From: Octopus bimaculoides
Lineage: Eukaryota
Length of the DNA stretch: 64,000 nt
Direction: 5' to 3'
NCBI RefSeq assembly: GCF_001194135.2
Contig: NC_068982.1
Span: forward strand, 127,987,315-128,051,314
Shown: positions 1 through 11,649 of the stretch, in pieces
How the letters are laid out: every line of letters starts with the position of its first letter
How positions within the stretch are numbered: position 1 is the stretch's first letter
The notes under the pieces: model-generated
Seen by the model: the letters and a program-made list of their open reading frames with translations, nothing else
Databases searched by the model: none
Told to the model about the DNA's origin: nothing
Translations under genes and position numbers: made by a program

Positions 1-100
1 GTCATTACAGTATCGAAATGGTGTACATATACATGTATATGTATACATATACATCTCTCTCTGTCTCTCTCTTTCTGTCTCTCTCTTTCTCTCTCTGTGA

Positions 101-413
101 AAGTATCTGTAACTACAGTATCGAATTGTGATTGTTTCAGTTAGTGGAATAGTTTCATTTTTAAAGTGAAAGTATTTGACATGAGTGTTTTTGTTTCACT
201 TTTGACACGTAATACTTAAATAGTGGAGGAGATATTATGTTGCCGTGTGCTCGAACTCTGCAAGAAGTTAATAGTTTTTTTTGACTACAACTGGAACCCT
301 AAGTAAGGCATGTGTAAAATTTGAATGAAATTGGTTGCGTAGTTCTCGAGTTTTAGGGATTCACACACACAGACAGACAGACAGACATACATTCTCATTT
401 TTATATATATAGA
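101..413 (-). mobile_element. Helitron-like non-autonomous element, 5' end
   Basis: Minus strand reads A|TCTATATATATAAAAATGAG..(TGTC)n..CCCTAAAACTCGAGAACTAC..CCAATTTC, the usual layout of non-autonomous Helitron 5' ends. No 3' CTRR end seen. Confidence 0.45.
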
Positions 414-436
414 TATATATATTTGCATTTGTCAAC

Positions 437-540
437 ATCCCTGTAACATAGTGGTTTGGCAAAAAGTGACCTATAGAATAAGTACCAGGCTTAAAAATAA
501 GTACATGGGTCAATTTGTTCAACTAAAAATCCTTCAAGGA
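437..540 (+). mobile_element. SINE-1 3' fragment
   Basis: Matches the tail of the full copy at 16735-17123 (gaataagtac.aggctt..aataagt). Confidence 0.55.
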
Positions 541-599
541 GTATGACAAAGTTGTTCCACCCCACCCTCCACTGTCAGTTGTCGTCCCTTATGCCCCTA

Positions 600-1070
600 G
601 TTTTTAGTGGTAGTCACAATAGAGACAGGCATAATGGGCTGTAATTGTCAATGCTTCTCAACACATATTTCTGGAGCTAATTGAGGTATTTTAAGTTGCT
701 TCTGTTTGTGTGTGTGAATTTTGTCTGTATCATGTGTATTAAATAATACTTTTATGGTGATTCGAATGATATTGTTCTGAATTGTTGTAGACATGTCTGT
801 GTATTACTAAGCGATTGAAAATGTATTGCTAAGGACTGTGTGAAAGCCTATTTCACAGTTCTTGCCAATACACTTCAGCAACAAACAAGTCCCTCTTATG
901 TCTATAAGTGTGGCTGTTGTGCAGCTTGTGGTGATGTGAACAACACTCCTTCATGTTTTTTATAATAATCTTTTGAGATCTTTTGTAAAGGTATCAGCGA
1001 CCCAGTTAAGACTAGTGTAATCCATGATAAGTCCAATATGGTGTTTGTACACTATTATTTTGCACTTGGC
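600..1070 (-). pseudogene. Possible very degenerate Penelope-like GIY-YIG remnant
   Basis: Frameshifted pieces CIGK (YIGKT-like) and EA..KIPQLAPEICVEK; weak. Confidence 0.25.
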
Positions 1071-1080
1071 AAGGTATTAG

Positions 1081-1515
1081 CTCTTAGCATTCAGATTCCT
1101 CTGTCAGATGTAATGCTTTTTTATTCACATTGTTTTGAATTAGTCATGCATTACTTTGTAGCTTTGAGATTTCCGTGACCTGTTTATTTTTAGAATAATG
1201 TTTAGAATAATGCTGAGGTGAAATCACAGTCATGGCATATACTGGTGTCACGCAACCAGTATGTAAAAGCACTCATTACACTCTCAGAGTGGTTGGCATT
1301 AAGAAGGGCATTCAGCTGTAAAAACCATGCCAAATTAGACTGGAGTCTGGTGCAGCCCCTGAGTTTACCAACCCTAGTCAAACTGTCCATGCCATGCTAG
1401 CATAGACAGCAGACATTAAATGATGATGATGTAGGATAAGTGTGACAAACTGGCCATTTTGAAAATAAAACAGAATATTTTAGCCAGATAAGGGGCTAGA
1501 TTAAATGCTAAAGGG
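1081..1515. mobile_element. piggyBac-like MITE interrupted by an RTE 3' fragment
   Basis: Ends ttag|ctcttagcatt ... aatgctaaaggg|ttaa; interior is the reverse complement of the copy at 33565-33766. Confidence 0.55.
1215..1431 (+). mobile_element. RTE LINE 3' UTR fragment with (ATG)n tail
   Basis: gtggttggcattaagaagggcattcagctgta...ttaaatgatgatgat; same family as 42534-43513. Confidence 0.7.
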
Positions 1516-1549
1516 TTAAGCTGTATCTTGTGCTAAGGCATCAGCTGCG

Positions 1550-1672
1550 GTGTTCAGGAGAATTTGAGAGTATGGAAATACTGCTTAGACACCACTATTC
1601 CCTGGTTCACTCTTACCCAGAGCAGTAGTACCAGTCAAGGGCCCCAGATATGGATCAAATAGCAGAATATGG
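1550..1672. repeat. Unclassified interspersed repeat (family G)
   Basis: Reverse complement matches 34195-34260 (tctgctatttgatccata.ct.gg.c.cttg.c.ggtactac). Confidence 0.5.
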
Positions 1673-1798
1673 TTCTGTGACTAATACAAATAGGATTCAT
1701 AAAAGTGCAAGCCCCTTGACATGTCTCATATAGGTTCACCAGTGTGTGGATATGCTCTCCTTTTGTAACAGCTCTATTATTTATTATTTATTATTAAA

Positions 1799-2180
1799 GG
1801 AACAAGCTGGCAAAATCGTTAGCATGCTGGGCGAAATGCTTCATCCACCATTATGTTCTGAGTTCAAATTCTGCCAAGGTTTACTTTGTCTTTCATTCTT
1901 TCAGGGTTGATGTCAACTAATTTTATGCATTGTGTCTTTAGTAGAAAGGATTATTGTTACTATTATTAATGTGGTGAGCTGGCAGAATTGTTACTGTGCC
2001 AGGCAAAATGCTAAGCAGCATTTTCTCTGTCTTTATGTTCTAAGTTCAAATTCCACTGAGGTCGACTTTGCCTTTTGTCCTTTCAGGATAGATAAAATAA
2101 GTACCAGTTGAGTGTTGGGGGTCAATGTAATTGACTTATCCCTCTCTCAAAATTGCTGGTCACATGCCAAAATTTGAAGC

Positions 2181-2182
<2 letters not shown>
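1799..2182 (+). mobile_element. Two tandem SINE-3 copies (tRNA-derived)
   Basis: A-box-like agctggcagaa and B-box gagttcaaattc in each; (ATT)n flanks. Confidence 0.75.
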
Positions 2183-2214
<32 letters not shown>

Positions 2215-2216
2215 GT

Positions 2217-3180
2217 TCAGTAGTTTTATTTTTATAATGTGCTTTCACTTCACTACCGAGCGCAGCTCTGTGCGCCTTGGGTATGTGCTGTGGTTTGCTG
2301 TGGTGCTCTTATGTTTACTGTATTGAAAGTGTTTTGCGTAGAATGTGTGCAGTACCCAGTAGTGCAATTTTCTGTATGTTATATATATTTGTAAGTCCTG
2401 GTGTTTTTGTTATGTATTTGTCTGAATATTTTTTTATTATACCTAAGGCACCTANNNNNNNNNNNNNNNNNNNNNNNNNNNNNNNNNNNNNNNNNNNNNN
2501 NNNNNNNNNNNNNNNNNNNNNNNNNNNNNNNNNNNNNNNNNNNNNNNNNNNNNNNNNNNNNNNNNNNNNNNNNNNNNNNNNNNNNNNNNNNNNNNNNNNN
2601 NNNNNNNNNNNNNNNNNNNNNNNNNNNNNNNNNNNNNNNNNNNNNNNNNNNNNNNNNNNNNNNNNNNNNNNNNNNNNNNNNNNNNNNNNNNNNNNNNNNN
2701 NNNNNNNNNNNNNNNNNNNNNNNNNNNNNNNNNNNNNNNNNNNNNNNNNNNNNNNNNNNNNNNNNNNNNNNNNNNNNNNNNNNNNNNNNNNNNNNNNNNN
2801 NNNNNNNNNNNNNNNNNNNNNNNNNNNNNNNNNNNNNNNNNNNNNNNNNNNNNNNNNNNNNNNNNNNNNTTCTTAGCCAGGACTGGGCAGCCAGAGATAA
2901 TATGATTTATTGTTTCTTGTCCATCTCCACATATTCTACAGTTACTTGTTATATTTCTTTTCATTATGTGTTTTTGGTAATTTCTGGTGGGGAGGCTTTG
3001 GTCTTGTGCAGCAATCAAAAATCCTTCAGTCTCTGCTTTGAGTCCTGAGCTTCTCAGCCATTGCTGGGATTTTTCTCTGTCTATTTCTTTCGCATTTAGT
3101 TTAGCCCAGTATTTACCATGTAGGGGCTTTTCTTGCCATCGTTTTATCATGGTTCATTGCTGTTCTAGTTTTAGTTTGGA
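2217..3180 (-). mobile_element. 5'-truncated Dong/R4-like non-LTR retrotransposon (RLE clade), middle hidden by an N gap
   Basis: Minus strand encodes ...AETEGFLIAAQDQSLPTRNY...CRICGDGQETINHIISGCPVLAK (CCHC knuckle) and, after the gap, GALGIIKK...IQKIALLGTAHILRKTLSIQ* (stop 2315-2317). (TAA)n tracts on both sides. Confidence 0.85.
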
Positions 3181-3222
3181 TTTATTATTATTATTATTAT
3201 TATTATCATTATTATTTTTATT

Positions 3223-3378
3223 ATTTGTTTGGCTTTTGCTTTGTATTTGTACAAGTTAACTCCAGGTCTCATCCACAAACCTCAAGAGACAAGAAGTTAG
3301 AAGTTCAAGTCAGCATTATAACTCGGGTACCATATTTTTTGTTTTGCACAGAGTATTGTTCGAGAGAGTGTCTAGAAC
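3223..3378 (-). repeat. Short non-repetitive segment between two (TAA)n tracts, possibly the 3' end of a second TAA-targeting element
   Basis: About 155 bp of complex sequence bounded by (ATT)n at 3181-3222 and 3379-3452. Confidence 0.35.
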
Positions 3379-3379
3379 A

Positions 3380-3444
<65 letters not shown>

Positions 3445-3461
3445 CATTATTCAACTAGTAA

Positions 3462-3620
3462 ACCATTTAACCAATTAACTGATTGATTCTTTGATTAATT
3501 GTTCAGTCAATCAGATCCTCCCAAGATACAACATAGTCTGTTTCAACCCATGAGTTCACATCAGGAATCTTGCAAACCAAATACAAAACCAAAATTTGTA
3601 GTTATTTTCATTACATTTCA
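3462..3620. repeat. Unclassified repeat family H
   Basis: ctcccaagatacaaca...catcagga.tctt.caaaccaaat also at 31185-31285; degenerate (TTAA/TCAA/TGAT) block shared with 30895, 33128 and 7596. Confidence 0.55.
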
Positions 3621-3804
3621 ATCTCTATCATTGTCACATGTCTTATCTCTGAATATAAGCATTGACCCAGACTGGTTTCTGTCTAGGAAACTTTATTTCC
3701 TAAATTCTTATTTCTATGTATATGTATATGGTGTGCTTACGTTATGTGAGATGGTTGGGTGAATCTCATGTTCCTTATTGTTGTTAATAAGAAAAGTGAT
3801 GAAC

Positions 3805-4003
3805 GCAGTGATCTGGCAGAATTGTTAGAATGCCAGGTAAACTGTTTAGCAGTATTTCATCTGTCTATACATTCTGAGTTCAAATTCTGCCAAGGTCAAC
3901 TTTGCCTTTCATTGTTTTGAAGTTGATAAAATCAGTACCAGATGAGCACTGGGGCTGATGTAATTGATTTAGCCCTTGACCTTATACCAGAATTTGAAAC
4001 CAA
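3805..4003 (+). mobile_element. SINE-3
   Basis: ctggcagaa head, gagttcaaattc B-box, gaatttgaaacc tail. Confidence 0.7.
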
Positions 4004-4024
4004 TAAGAAGAGTGATGATTATTG

Positions 4025-4210
4025 TTGTTGTTCAGCCCTTGGTCAATTCAGTTTTGATGACCAAATGTATTCCAGCTTTGATCATCTTGTCTTTTTGTAT
4101 AACAGGACCTTACATTAGCCAGTGTATTCTTCTTTATTTTAGATGTTAGGATTTTACCTGAGGGAGACTTGGCTGGCATTTCTAGCAAATCATGTATCCA
4201 TATCCAAGGC
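4025..4210. repeat. Unclassified repeat family F, (TTG)n at one end
   Basis: Similar blocks at about 26100-26250, 38930-39120 and (inverted) 46290-46366. Confidence 0.45.
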
Positions 4211-4269
4211 ACTCTTATTAACTCATAATCTGAAGTGGATTTGACAGGCATTGCTCATTTGGGACCGTG

Positions 4270-5050
4270 TTTTTAGGGAATTGTCACAGAGTTGGCATCA
4301 TTGTGTAGTTGTTAGGCTAATAGCTAGGTTTACATAACTATGATGTCATTTGCATATGAGTTTGTATAAAGCTATATTTAAAAGTATATATATACCGGTA
4401 TACTGCTTGAGAAACTACATAGTCTGGATATGTTATTATTGTAGTCTGTATGGGCTTGGCAAGTTGTGAAGAGGCTTACTCGTGAGTATTCTGTTTGTGA
4501 GAGAGGTGCTTTGTATTTTATTTATACGTAGGTAAAGAACAACAAAGTTAAAAACTCTACTATCGTTACTAATAGTTCAAGAGGTGTGTTTATGTTATGT
4601 TTTTTTTTGTTGTTGTTGAAGCCATTGTATAAGTTTTTCTGTATGGTTTGTGAGTAATGTGGTGACTTAGTGTAATGATCTGAACTTGTGAGTTTGAGAG
4701 AGGAGTCAGTGGGTCGAGAACATCAAGGATGCTCTTGCAGTTCTAATACTTCAGTTTCAGTTTGTTTTTTTTTTCACTTTTGTTTAGAATTATTAGAATT
4801 CATCACATTTTCAAGATTGTCAAAATCAGGTATCAATGTTATAAGTAGTTGATGAGAGCAATAATTTTTTGCAGTCCCTATATTTTTTGAGGGCAGTGTA
4901 TATTTGTGATTTGCAGTACCCTGAGGCTTTTGAGTTTTTACATTTCCATAATGCTTTTCTGGTCTCTGCTGGAATGGAAGGAAATGGTCAAAGGAACATG
5001 TATGGTTTTCTGTTTTCTATTTCTGTTTTCTTTGTGTGGCTTCAGAAAAG
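4270..5050 (-). pseudogene. Highly degenerate LINE reverse-transcriptase remnant
   Basis: Scattered minus-strand motifs RKALWKCKNSKASG, DYVVSQA and SYANDIIV (YADD-like); many stops and frameshifts. Confidence 0.35.
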
Positions 5051-6819
5051 TGTTTAATCAAGATGTTTTCATGCCATTAAGGTATGGGGATGTTATTTTA
5101 ATGCTAAGCTGTTATAGGGATGTAGTGTTCCATTATGTTTCATTATCAGAGTTATTGATGTTGCTAATTATTTTGTATAACATTTTACTCTTTTGGGATT
5201 TATTCCGAATACAAGCATTTATCAGTTTTGAGTAATTTTCTTTTCTTTTTTTTTTTTTATTATTTTGTTAAGTCATTTGATGCAGTTTTATTTCAGTTGT
5301 GTGGTGAGTGCTGGCAGATCTTGTTTGAAGTTGTCCCTGGGTTTTATCTGGTATTAAATTCTGTATTTTGTTGATGCTTTCTTTTCATAAAGTTATATAT
5401 TTATATATTTATTTGTGATTCATATTTTTTTTATGAAAAGATTTTGTTATATGAAAAGCAATGAGATGAAATATTGACAATAAAATTGTCATTTAACTGA
5501 GAAATGATAGACACCACCAAAGAGAAGCTGTTTTGAAGACTTATCTAACTGAAGCTTGCTCACAAAAATGAACACCTGTTTGATGTCAACTATCAAAACT
5601 TTAGTTAGAATCAAAAGAAGGTTAGATTAAATGGTTACAAAAATGTAGTTATAAATGCATGTACAATGTATAGACATGTGCAAAATGAAAAGCTGGCACT
5701 AGTTTTCAGCTGGCATCCTTTGAGATATGATTCTAATACCATCAAATTGTATTTTAAAAAAAACTTATATTCGCATCTAATATCTCTAAAAAATGTTTCT
5801 TTCAACAGTTTCTTGAAATCTTAGTGTTGCCACTTTTTTTTCTTTCTAAACTAAAACTTTATTGAAAAGTTATATCTTGAACAGTATCTAAAATTGATGA
5901 GTTGAGTCTAAGTTTATAGCATTGAGATTTTACTTTAACAGTGATGTGTGAGATATTAAAACACCATAAGACATGTTGCAATCCATCATGGTTTCCATTT
6001 AGTAGGAAGGACTGTTGTGTACACAGTGAATGCTACAACTCTTAGAAATGTAACTGTTCTCTCAATCATGAAAAATGTGCTTTATCAAATCACTTTATAA
6101 GTATCACTTAAGTATTAAATCACTTATAAGTCATAAGAATTACAATTTCAGTTACTTTTTTTTATTTTATATGCTCAAAAAGACCACCCAAGGTGTAATT
6201 TTAGATAGTAAACTCCAGGAATAAAACAAGATTTTTATTACCTATTTTTAGAACTGTTAAAGTAAGTACTAAAGGGGTTGCTAGGAAAAAAAATAGGTGG
6301 CATAAACTAACACTATACCCACAAATGAAGATAAAAAATGATACTACTTAATACTGTGCAAGCGTAGAAATGTTATTTTCTGTGTATACATTTTGTTGAC
6401 ATCCTTTCTCATAACTGTGAGTTTATGATAGTTCACTGTTGACTACATTGTTGTTATGAGATCAGACATAAATACAACCATTGTTACATCCTTGTGAAAT
6501 ATTTGTGGACTGTTTACATCAACGTGTTCAACTGACATAGTCATAAACTTCTAATTCACAGGTGAATGGTTGGCAACTGGGTTACATTCAACTACAAAGG
6601 AATTATTCCATCAAAGTCATTCAATCCATTCTAACACTGAAAAAATTCTTGAATTTTAAACAGCATTTGCAATATATATATATATATAACCTATATTATA
6701 TACTAGCTATCTTTATTTGTTGTAATGGTATTAGTCTTTTATTGGATTCATGCTATTCCTTTATATCTATTCTCAGAGACACTTTTTTTTCCTAGCTGGA
6801 AGTAAAGATTAGATTGAGA

Positions 6820-6960
6820 GGAAGGAAACTTTGACTTTGCCTTTAGTTCTTTCAGAATTGATAAAACAAGTACCAGTCAAGCATCGGAATTGATGTAATT
6901 GATTATTTCCGTCCCCTAAAATTTCAGGCCTTATACCTATTATAGAAAGGATTATTAGAA
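6820..6960 (+). mobile_element. SINE-3 3' part
   Basis: tttgactttgcctt..gataaaacaagtaccag..tagaaaggattatt. Confidence 0.6.
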
Positions 6961-6965
6961 ATTCA

Positions 6966-7592
6966 ATGAGCTAGCAGAACCATATATAATAACAATGTTG
7001 TTGCTGGCACTCCGTCGCTTACGACGTCGAGGGTTCCAGTTGATCCAATCAATGGAACAGCCTGCTCATGAAATTAACGTGCAAGTGGCTGAGCACTCCA
7101 CAAACACGTGTACCCTTAACGTAGTTCTCTGGGATATTCAGCGTGACACAGTGTGACAAGGCTAACCCTTTGAATTACAGGCACAACAGAAACAGGAAGT
7201 AAGAGTGAGAGAAAGTTGTGGTGAAAGAGTACAGCAGGGTTCACCACCATCCCCTGCCGGAGCCTCATGGAGCTTTAGGTGTTTTCGCTCAATAAACACT
7301 CACAACGGCCGGTCTGGGAATTAAAACCGCGATCCTATGACCGCGAGTCCGCTGTCCTAACCACTGGGCCATTGCGCCTCTACAGCAGAACCATAAGCAT
7401 GTAAAAAACAAAATACTTAGCAGCATTTTGTCAGTCTTTACATTTTGAGCTCAATTTCTGCCAAGATTGACTTTGTCTTTCATTCTTTCAAAGTTGAGAA
7501 AATAGGTATCAGTCAAACATTGGAGTTGATGTAATTGATTTCCCCACCCCCTCAGAAACTGTTGGTCTTGTGCCAAATTTTGAAGCCATTAT
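6966..7592 (+). mobile_element. SINE-3 split by a SINE-4 insertion
   Basis: Head gagctagcagaaccata at 6968-6984 resumes at 7384. Confidence 0.65.
6985..7383 (-). mobile_element. SINE-4, full-length tRNA-derived SINE with 12-bp TSD
   Basis: Minus strand starts ggcgcaatggcccagtggttagg (A-box)...ggttttaattcc (B-box), ends caacaac. TSD agcagaaccata at 6973-6984 and 7384-7395. Confidence 0.85.
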
Positions 7593-7595
7593 TGT

Positions 7596-7735
7596 TAGTG
7601 AACTAGTTGACTGATTAACCAGTTAGGCAATTGATTACTCAACAAATCATTTAATCAATCAGCTGGTTTGTCAGAGTCCTTCTGTTGCTATTTGTGACCT
7701 CATCAATGACATGATCTTGTCTGTTCTGGGTCTGT
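7596..7735. repeat. Family H repeat
   Basis: tccttctgttgctatttgtgacctcatcaatgac matches 33205-33245 and the reverse complement of 31005-31045. Confidence 0.5.
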
Positions 7736-8159
7736 TACTGCCCCAAACTGGATACATTGTGTTTTTTTCCTGATATTTATAATTTTCGGATTGTGTTTGC
7801 ATGCGTGGGTTGCATAATTAGTGTGTATGTGCATACATTGCAAGCATATGTGAGCCTGCATGTCACTTCCGGCATGCGCATGTTTGCTATGTCACAGTGC
7901 AGTGCTTTAATGCTTTGTTTTGCTTCTTGAGATTTCTATTGAATTGACACTTATATATTCTCCACACATTTATCTCCATATTTATTCCCCCACCACACAC
8001 ACACATACACACACATCTATACATATCCATTTGTATGCATACACACACACATCTATACATATCCATTTATATGCATATATACACACACACAACCACATAC
8101 ACGCTCACATGTATACATGTGTATGTGTGGTGATGGGGCAGTTCATGTTAAAGGACTGG

Positions 8160-8690
8160 TGATGACCTTGAGATTGTTGCTATTTCTGTTCCACTTTATT
8201 TTAAGCATTCTCTTTGTATCAGATATATACATAGCCACTTCTGTTTGTCATACTTTGGGTGTATTGATAAGAGTTTTAATTCTATATTCTTTAGCATAAC
8301 GCTATGGTTTTCATTTGCATGTTGACATAGTATTGATGTAGGTGACTTTTCCTCATATTCTTGTTAGTGCTCCTATATTCTCTTTGTTATGCTTCAGGTG
8401 TTTTCCCCTATATAAGTTGTGATGGAATTCTTGCAGTCACTCTCCACGCAATTCATGAATATGGTATACTGCATTACTACTTTTACAATTCATTTTAGGA
8501 TTCTCTTTGCAAACTATACAATTGCTGTTACTATTGACGAGTAGTCCTATTGAAAGTTGTGTGACTGATCTCGCCAGCTTTTCAACTATTTCACACTTAA
8601 GTTTCTCTTTGTTTAGCACTTTCCTAAATTTAAGGGCTGGATCACCCTTAGTAGTAGTGTGACTGAACATTATGTCTTTACACTTGTCAA
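8160..8690 (-). pseudogene. Penelope-like element GIY-YIG endonuclease remnant
   Basis: CIVCKENPKMNCKSSNAVYHI / C..SDCKNSITTYIGEN..SITKRI*EH...SILCQHANENH / EVAMYI...KWNRN: the CxxC-VY-YIGE-R-EH-H-EA-N layout of PLE endonucleases, with frameshifts and stops. Confidence 0.6.
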
Positions 8691-8702
8691 TATTATACCA
8701 TA

Positions 8703-8930
8703 GTGGAGACTCATAGCTTAGTGGTTAGGGTGCTGGACTTGTGAGATTGTGGTTTCGATTCCTGGACTAGGTAATGCATTGTATTCTTGAGCAAAAAACT
8801 TCATTTCACACTGATCCAGTCCACTCAGCTGGCTAAAAATGAGTAATCCTGTGACAGACCAGTGTGCTATCCAGGGAGGAATAGATACCCCAGAGAAACC
8901 AGGAAACTGGCCCCTATGCTCATTATGGGT
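8703..8930 (+). mobile_element. SINE-5 (tRNA head, V-domain-like core)
   Basis: tagcttagtggttagg A-box, ggtttcgattcc B-box, then cttgagcaa..tccagtccactcagctgg..cctgtgacagaccag; related to 48099-48372. Confidence 0.65.
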
Positions 8931-9489
8931 TAATGTGGACTAATTAACTATTATACTATGAATCTGCTTTACCGACCTTACTTATTCCTCTTCACTTAAT
9001 CCATGACTTGTTCTACTATGCAAGGCAAGTTCCATGTGTGTAATATCTTATAAAGGTTTTCTTTTTCTTGCCACCCCACCCTTTCCCTGTATACATTGAT
9101 TCTGTCCTTTTTGGTAATACTCAGAGAACTGCACTCAGTAGAGAAGGTATTGTAAACACTTCACAAGGTTGTCACAAAAACTATATTTTTCATTCTTACT
9201 AAATCTATTACTAGTATGCTGATCTTCCCATTACCACATATAGCAGAGTTTCTATTAACTAAGTATTTGGTGGCTATACATTTCCATTATGTGAATGGGG
9301 GGACCTGGATTTTGCTTTGTATTGTTTCTGGCCAGGTGTCAGTGTCAAGTATGGACAGTCTATTATTTGTGTGTTTGGATAGATAATCTATGCCTCCTTG
9401 ATACTTACATGAGTGGACTTAGCTATATGCTAGATGCTGTCATGGTGTTACTTTCAGGTTCATTTGCTGATGCAGAACTATAAAGTTTA

Positions 9490-9790
9490 TGTTATCTACA
9501 TATTGGCTGTACATAGTTATGGTTATAGATTTCTCTTCTAAACCATTAAGTCGTTGGTTATATATCTTGCTATATATTGTGTGCTGTGTTTTTAAAAGTG
9601 TTTCCCTTTTGTTAAAGCATGGTCAGCTGATGTGAAAGTGTTATTGTTGTATGTCCAGTGTAACAGTTTGAGACATGGAATTTATAGCTTTCAATGGTTA
9701 TCTGAAGTAGGTTCTGTGATTTGTTTCTGGTTTCATATTGATGTGAAGGTAGTATGTGTTGATCTCCATGTCTACACATTGTTACTTAGT
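9490..9790 (-). pseudogene. Second Penelope-like GIY-YIG remnant
   Basis: NLLQITIESYKFHVSNCYTGHTTITLSHQLTML*QKG...RLNGLEE, resembling VYKF.C..YIGHTTTTLSRRLTMH..G...RL.ILEA. Confidence 0.4.
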
Positions 9791-9989
9791 ACTTGGGCTG
9801 TAGTGATACTGCTTGTGTCCTGCATAAACAAACATTCTGGTAACTTAGTGGTTCAACTTGTGAAAACACTGAATAGATTATCTTATTTGAAAACATTTAA
9901 GTGTTGACATCAGGAAGACTAACTAGCCATAGAATACTGCTTCTTCAAGAAGTCTCATCCAGCAAATGATAAAATGGGAAAAGTGGACA

Positions 9990-10006
9990 GTGTGTGTGTA
10001 TGTGTA

Positions 10007-10062
<56 letters not shown>
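9990..10062. repeat. (TG)n microsatellite
   Basis: Direct. Confidence 0.95.
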
Positions 10063-10071
<9 letters not shown>

Positions 10072-11649
10072 CTGATAAAAAGAATTTGTACTGTAATTTT
10101 TATTGCAAATATTGAATGTATCATCTTGCTGATAATTTTCTGGCAGCACCTTTGCATTTAAACCTGCACATTTTGTTTCTAAATATTATCAGTTGTGCTA
10201 TTGTAAACATTCTACATTTCTGTTATTCTGTTCTATTTCTACATCATTATTCCTTCAACCATCTATTTATCTATACCGTGTGGTTTGGATTTGAAATACA
10301 ATATTTCCATTGCCTGTCAATCATGTCAAATCTGGCTAGATGTTATTTCCAATTCTTTTCAAGTTATTTAAATATTTTACTAACTCTGATCACAACATAA
10401 AACTTTCTACTCTGGGTTTCTGATTTATATGCATATGTCTATTATCTTTAAGTCTTCCTTCCTGTCAGCTGCATCCATAACTTATTAGCATTTTGTTATT
10501 TTACTTATATACATAATATAGTTTCCATTAATGTCAACCTTTTGGTCCATTTTATGTGTATACATATATATACATACATATATATATGTATTTCATTTCT
10601 GTTTACTGTCCTGTAACATCTTGTAATATTTTAGATTGTCTAGTTTTCTCTTCTTTGTGTTTCGCAATTATAAACTTTACTTACTTTGTATTTATCATTG
10701 TTTTACAAAATTGAAATTAAAATTCAATAATTTTAATTTTCCTGAACTAAAACCTCCTGTGCATTTATTTTGTACTTGCATGAATATAAATTATAGTTTT
10801 AAAAGCTCTGCATTTTAAGTTTCTGTTATTTATATATTGTATTTTTTTATTATTTTTTCACTGTAATTTTATTATTCACTCTATTTTTATTTATTTATTT
10901 ATTACTATCACTTAGTCTTCCCTTCATTCACAGTGAACTGATAGCTTTAAGATATTGATTTCTTCCAGCTGACTTTTAAAATGCTCTATAATTTAGCAGT
11001 GGTTTTACTTGAAACTTAATTTCATTGTATTTTTTCAGTGTTACCAGTTGTTGTTAGTTTTTGTTGTTTTTTTTTCTTTCTCTTTTTTACTAATGAAATT
11101 TTTAAAGATGGGATTATTATTGTGCAAAAGTATAGTGCAATTGTACGTTGTTGAAGAGAATTTTTCTGCTTCAGCAAATTTGATAATGTTTAAGAAAATT
11201 TCTTTGAAAATGGTAATAATATAATTATAATAATTCTCTATTAAATCTTTTTAACTCATGTATTTCACAATAATCAAACTTTAAACAATTTAAAATGTAA
11301 ATTATACTATAAAATATATTAAAAAAAAACTTAAGTAATCCTTTTATCAACAATAAAATCTCAAAGAGCCAATATTTGTCTTTGGCTTTAGTAGTATTAA
11401 ACAGACTGATCCACATTCTAAGAGGGAAGTTTAATGTTCAGTAAATAAACTGGTACCTGTTTTATCAGTTGTTAAAACAAAAGTAAACTGAGTTGAGTTG
11501 ATCAGGGTACATTTCTGTAAAGGATCAATAATATGGACTCAATTGCTAGCTTTTATTACAATCCTAGCTGCCTACTTAATGCAGTTTTAGTAGAAACTTA
11601 CTTAAAAGATAATTCTTGTATAATGGAGCATATTGATTATAATATGATA

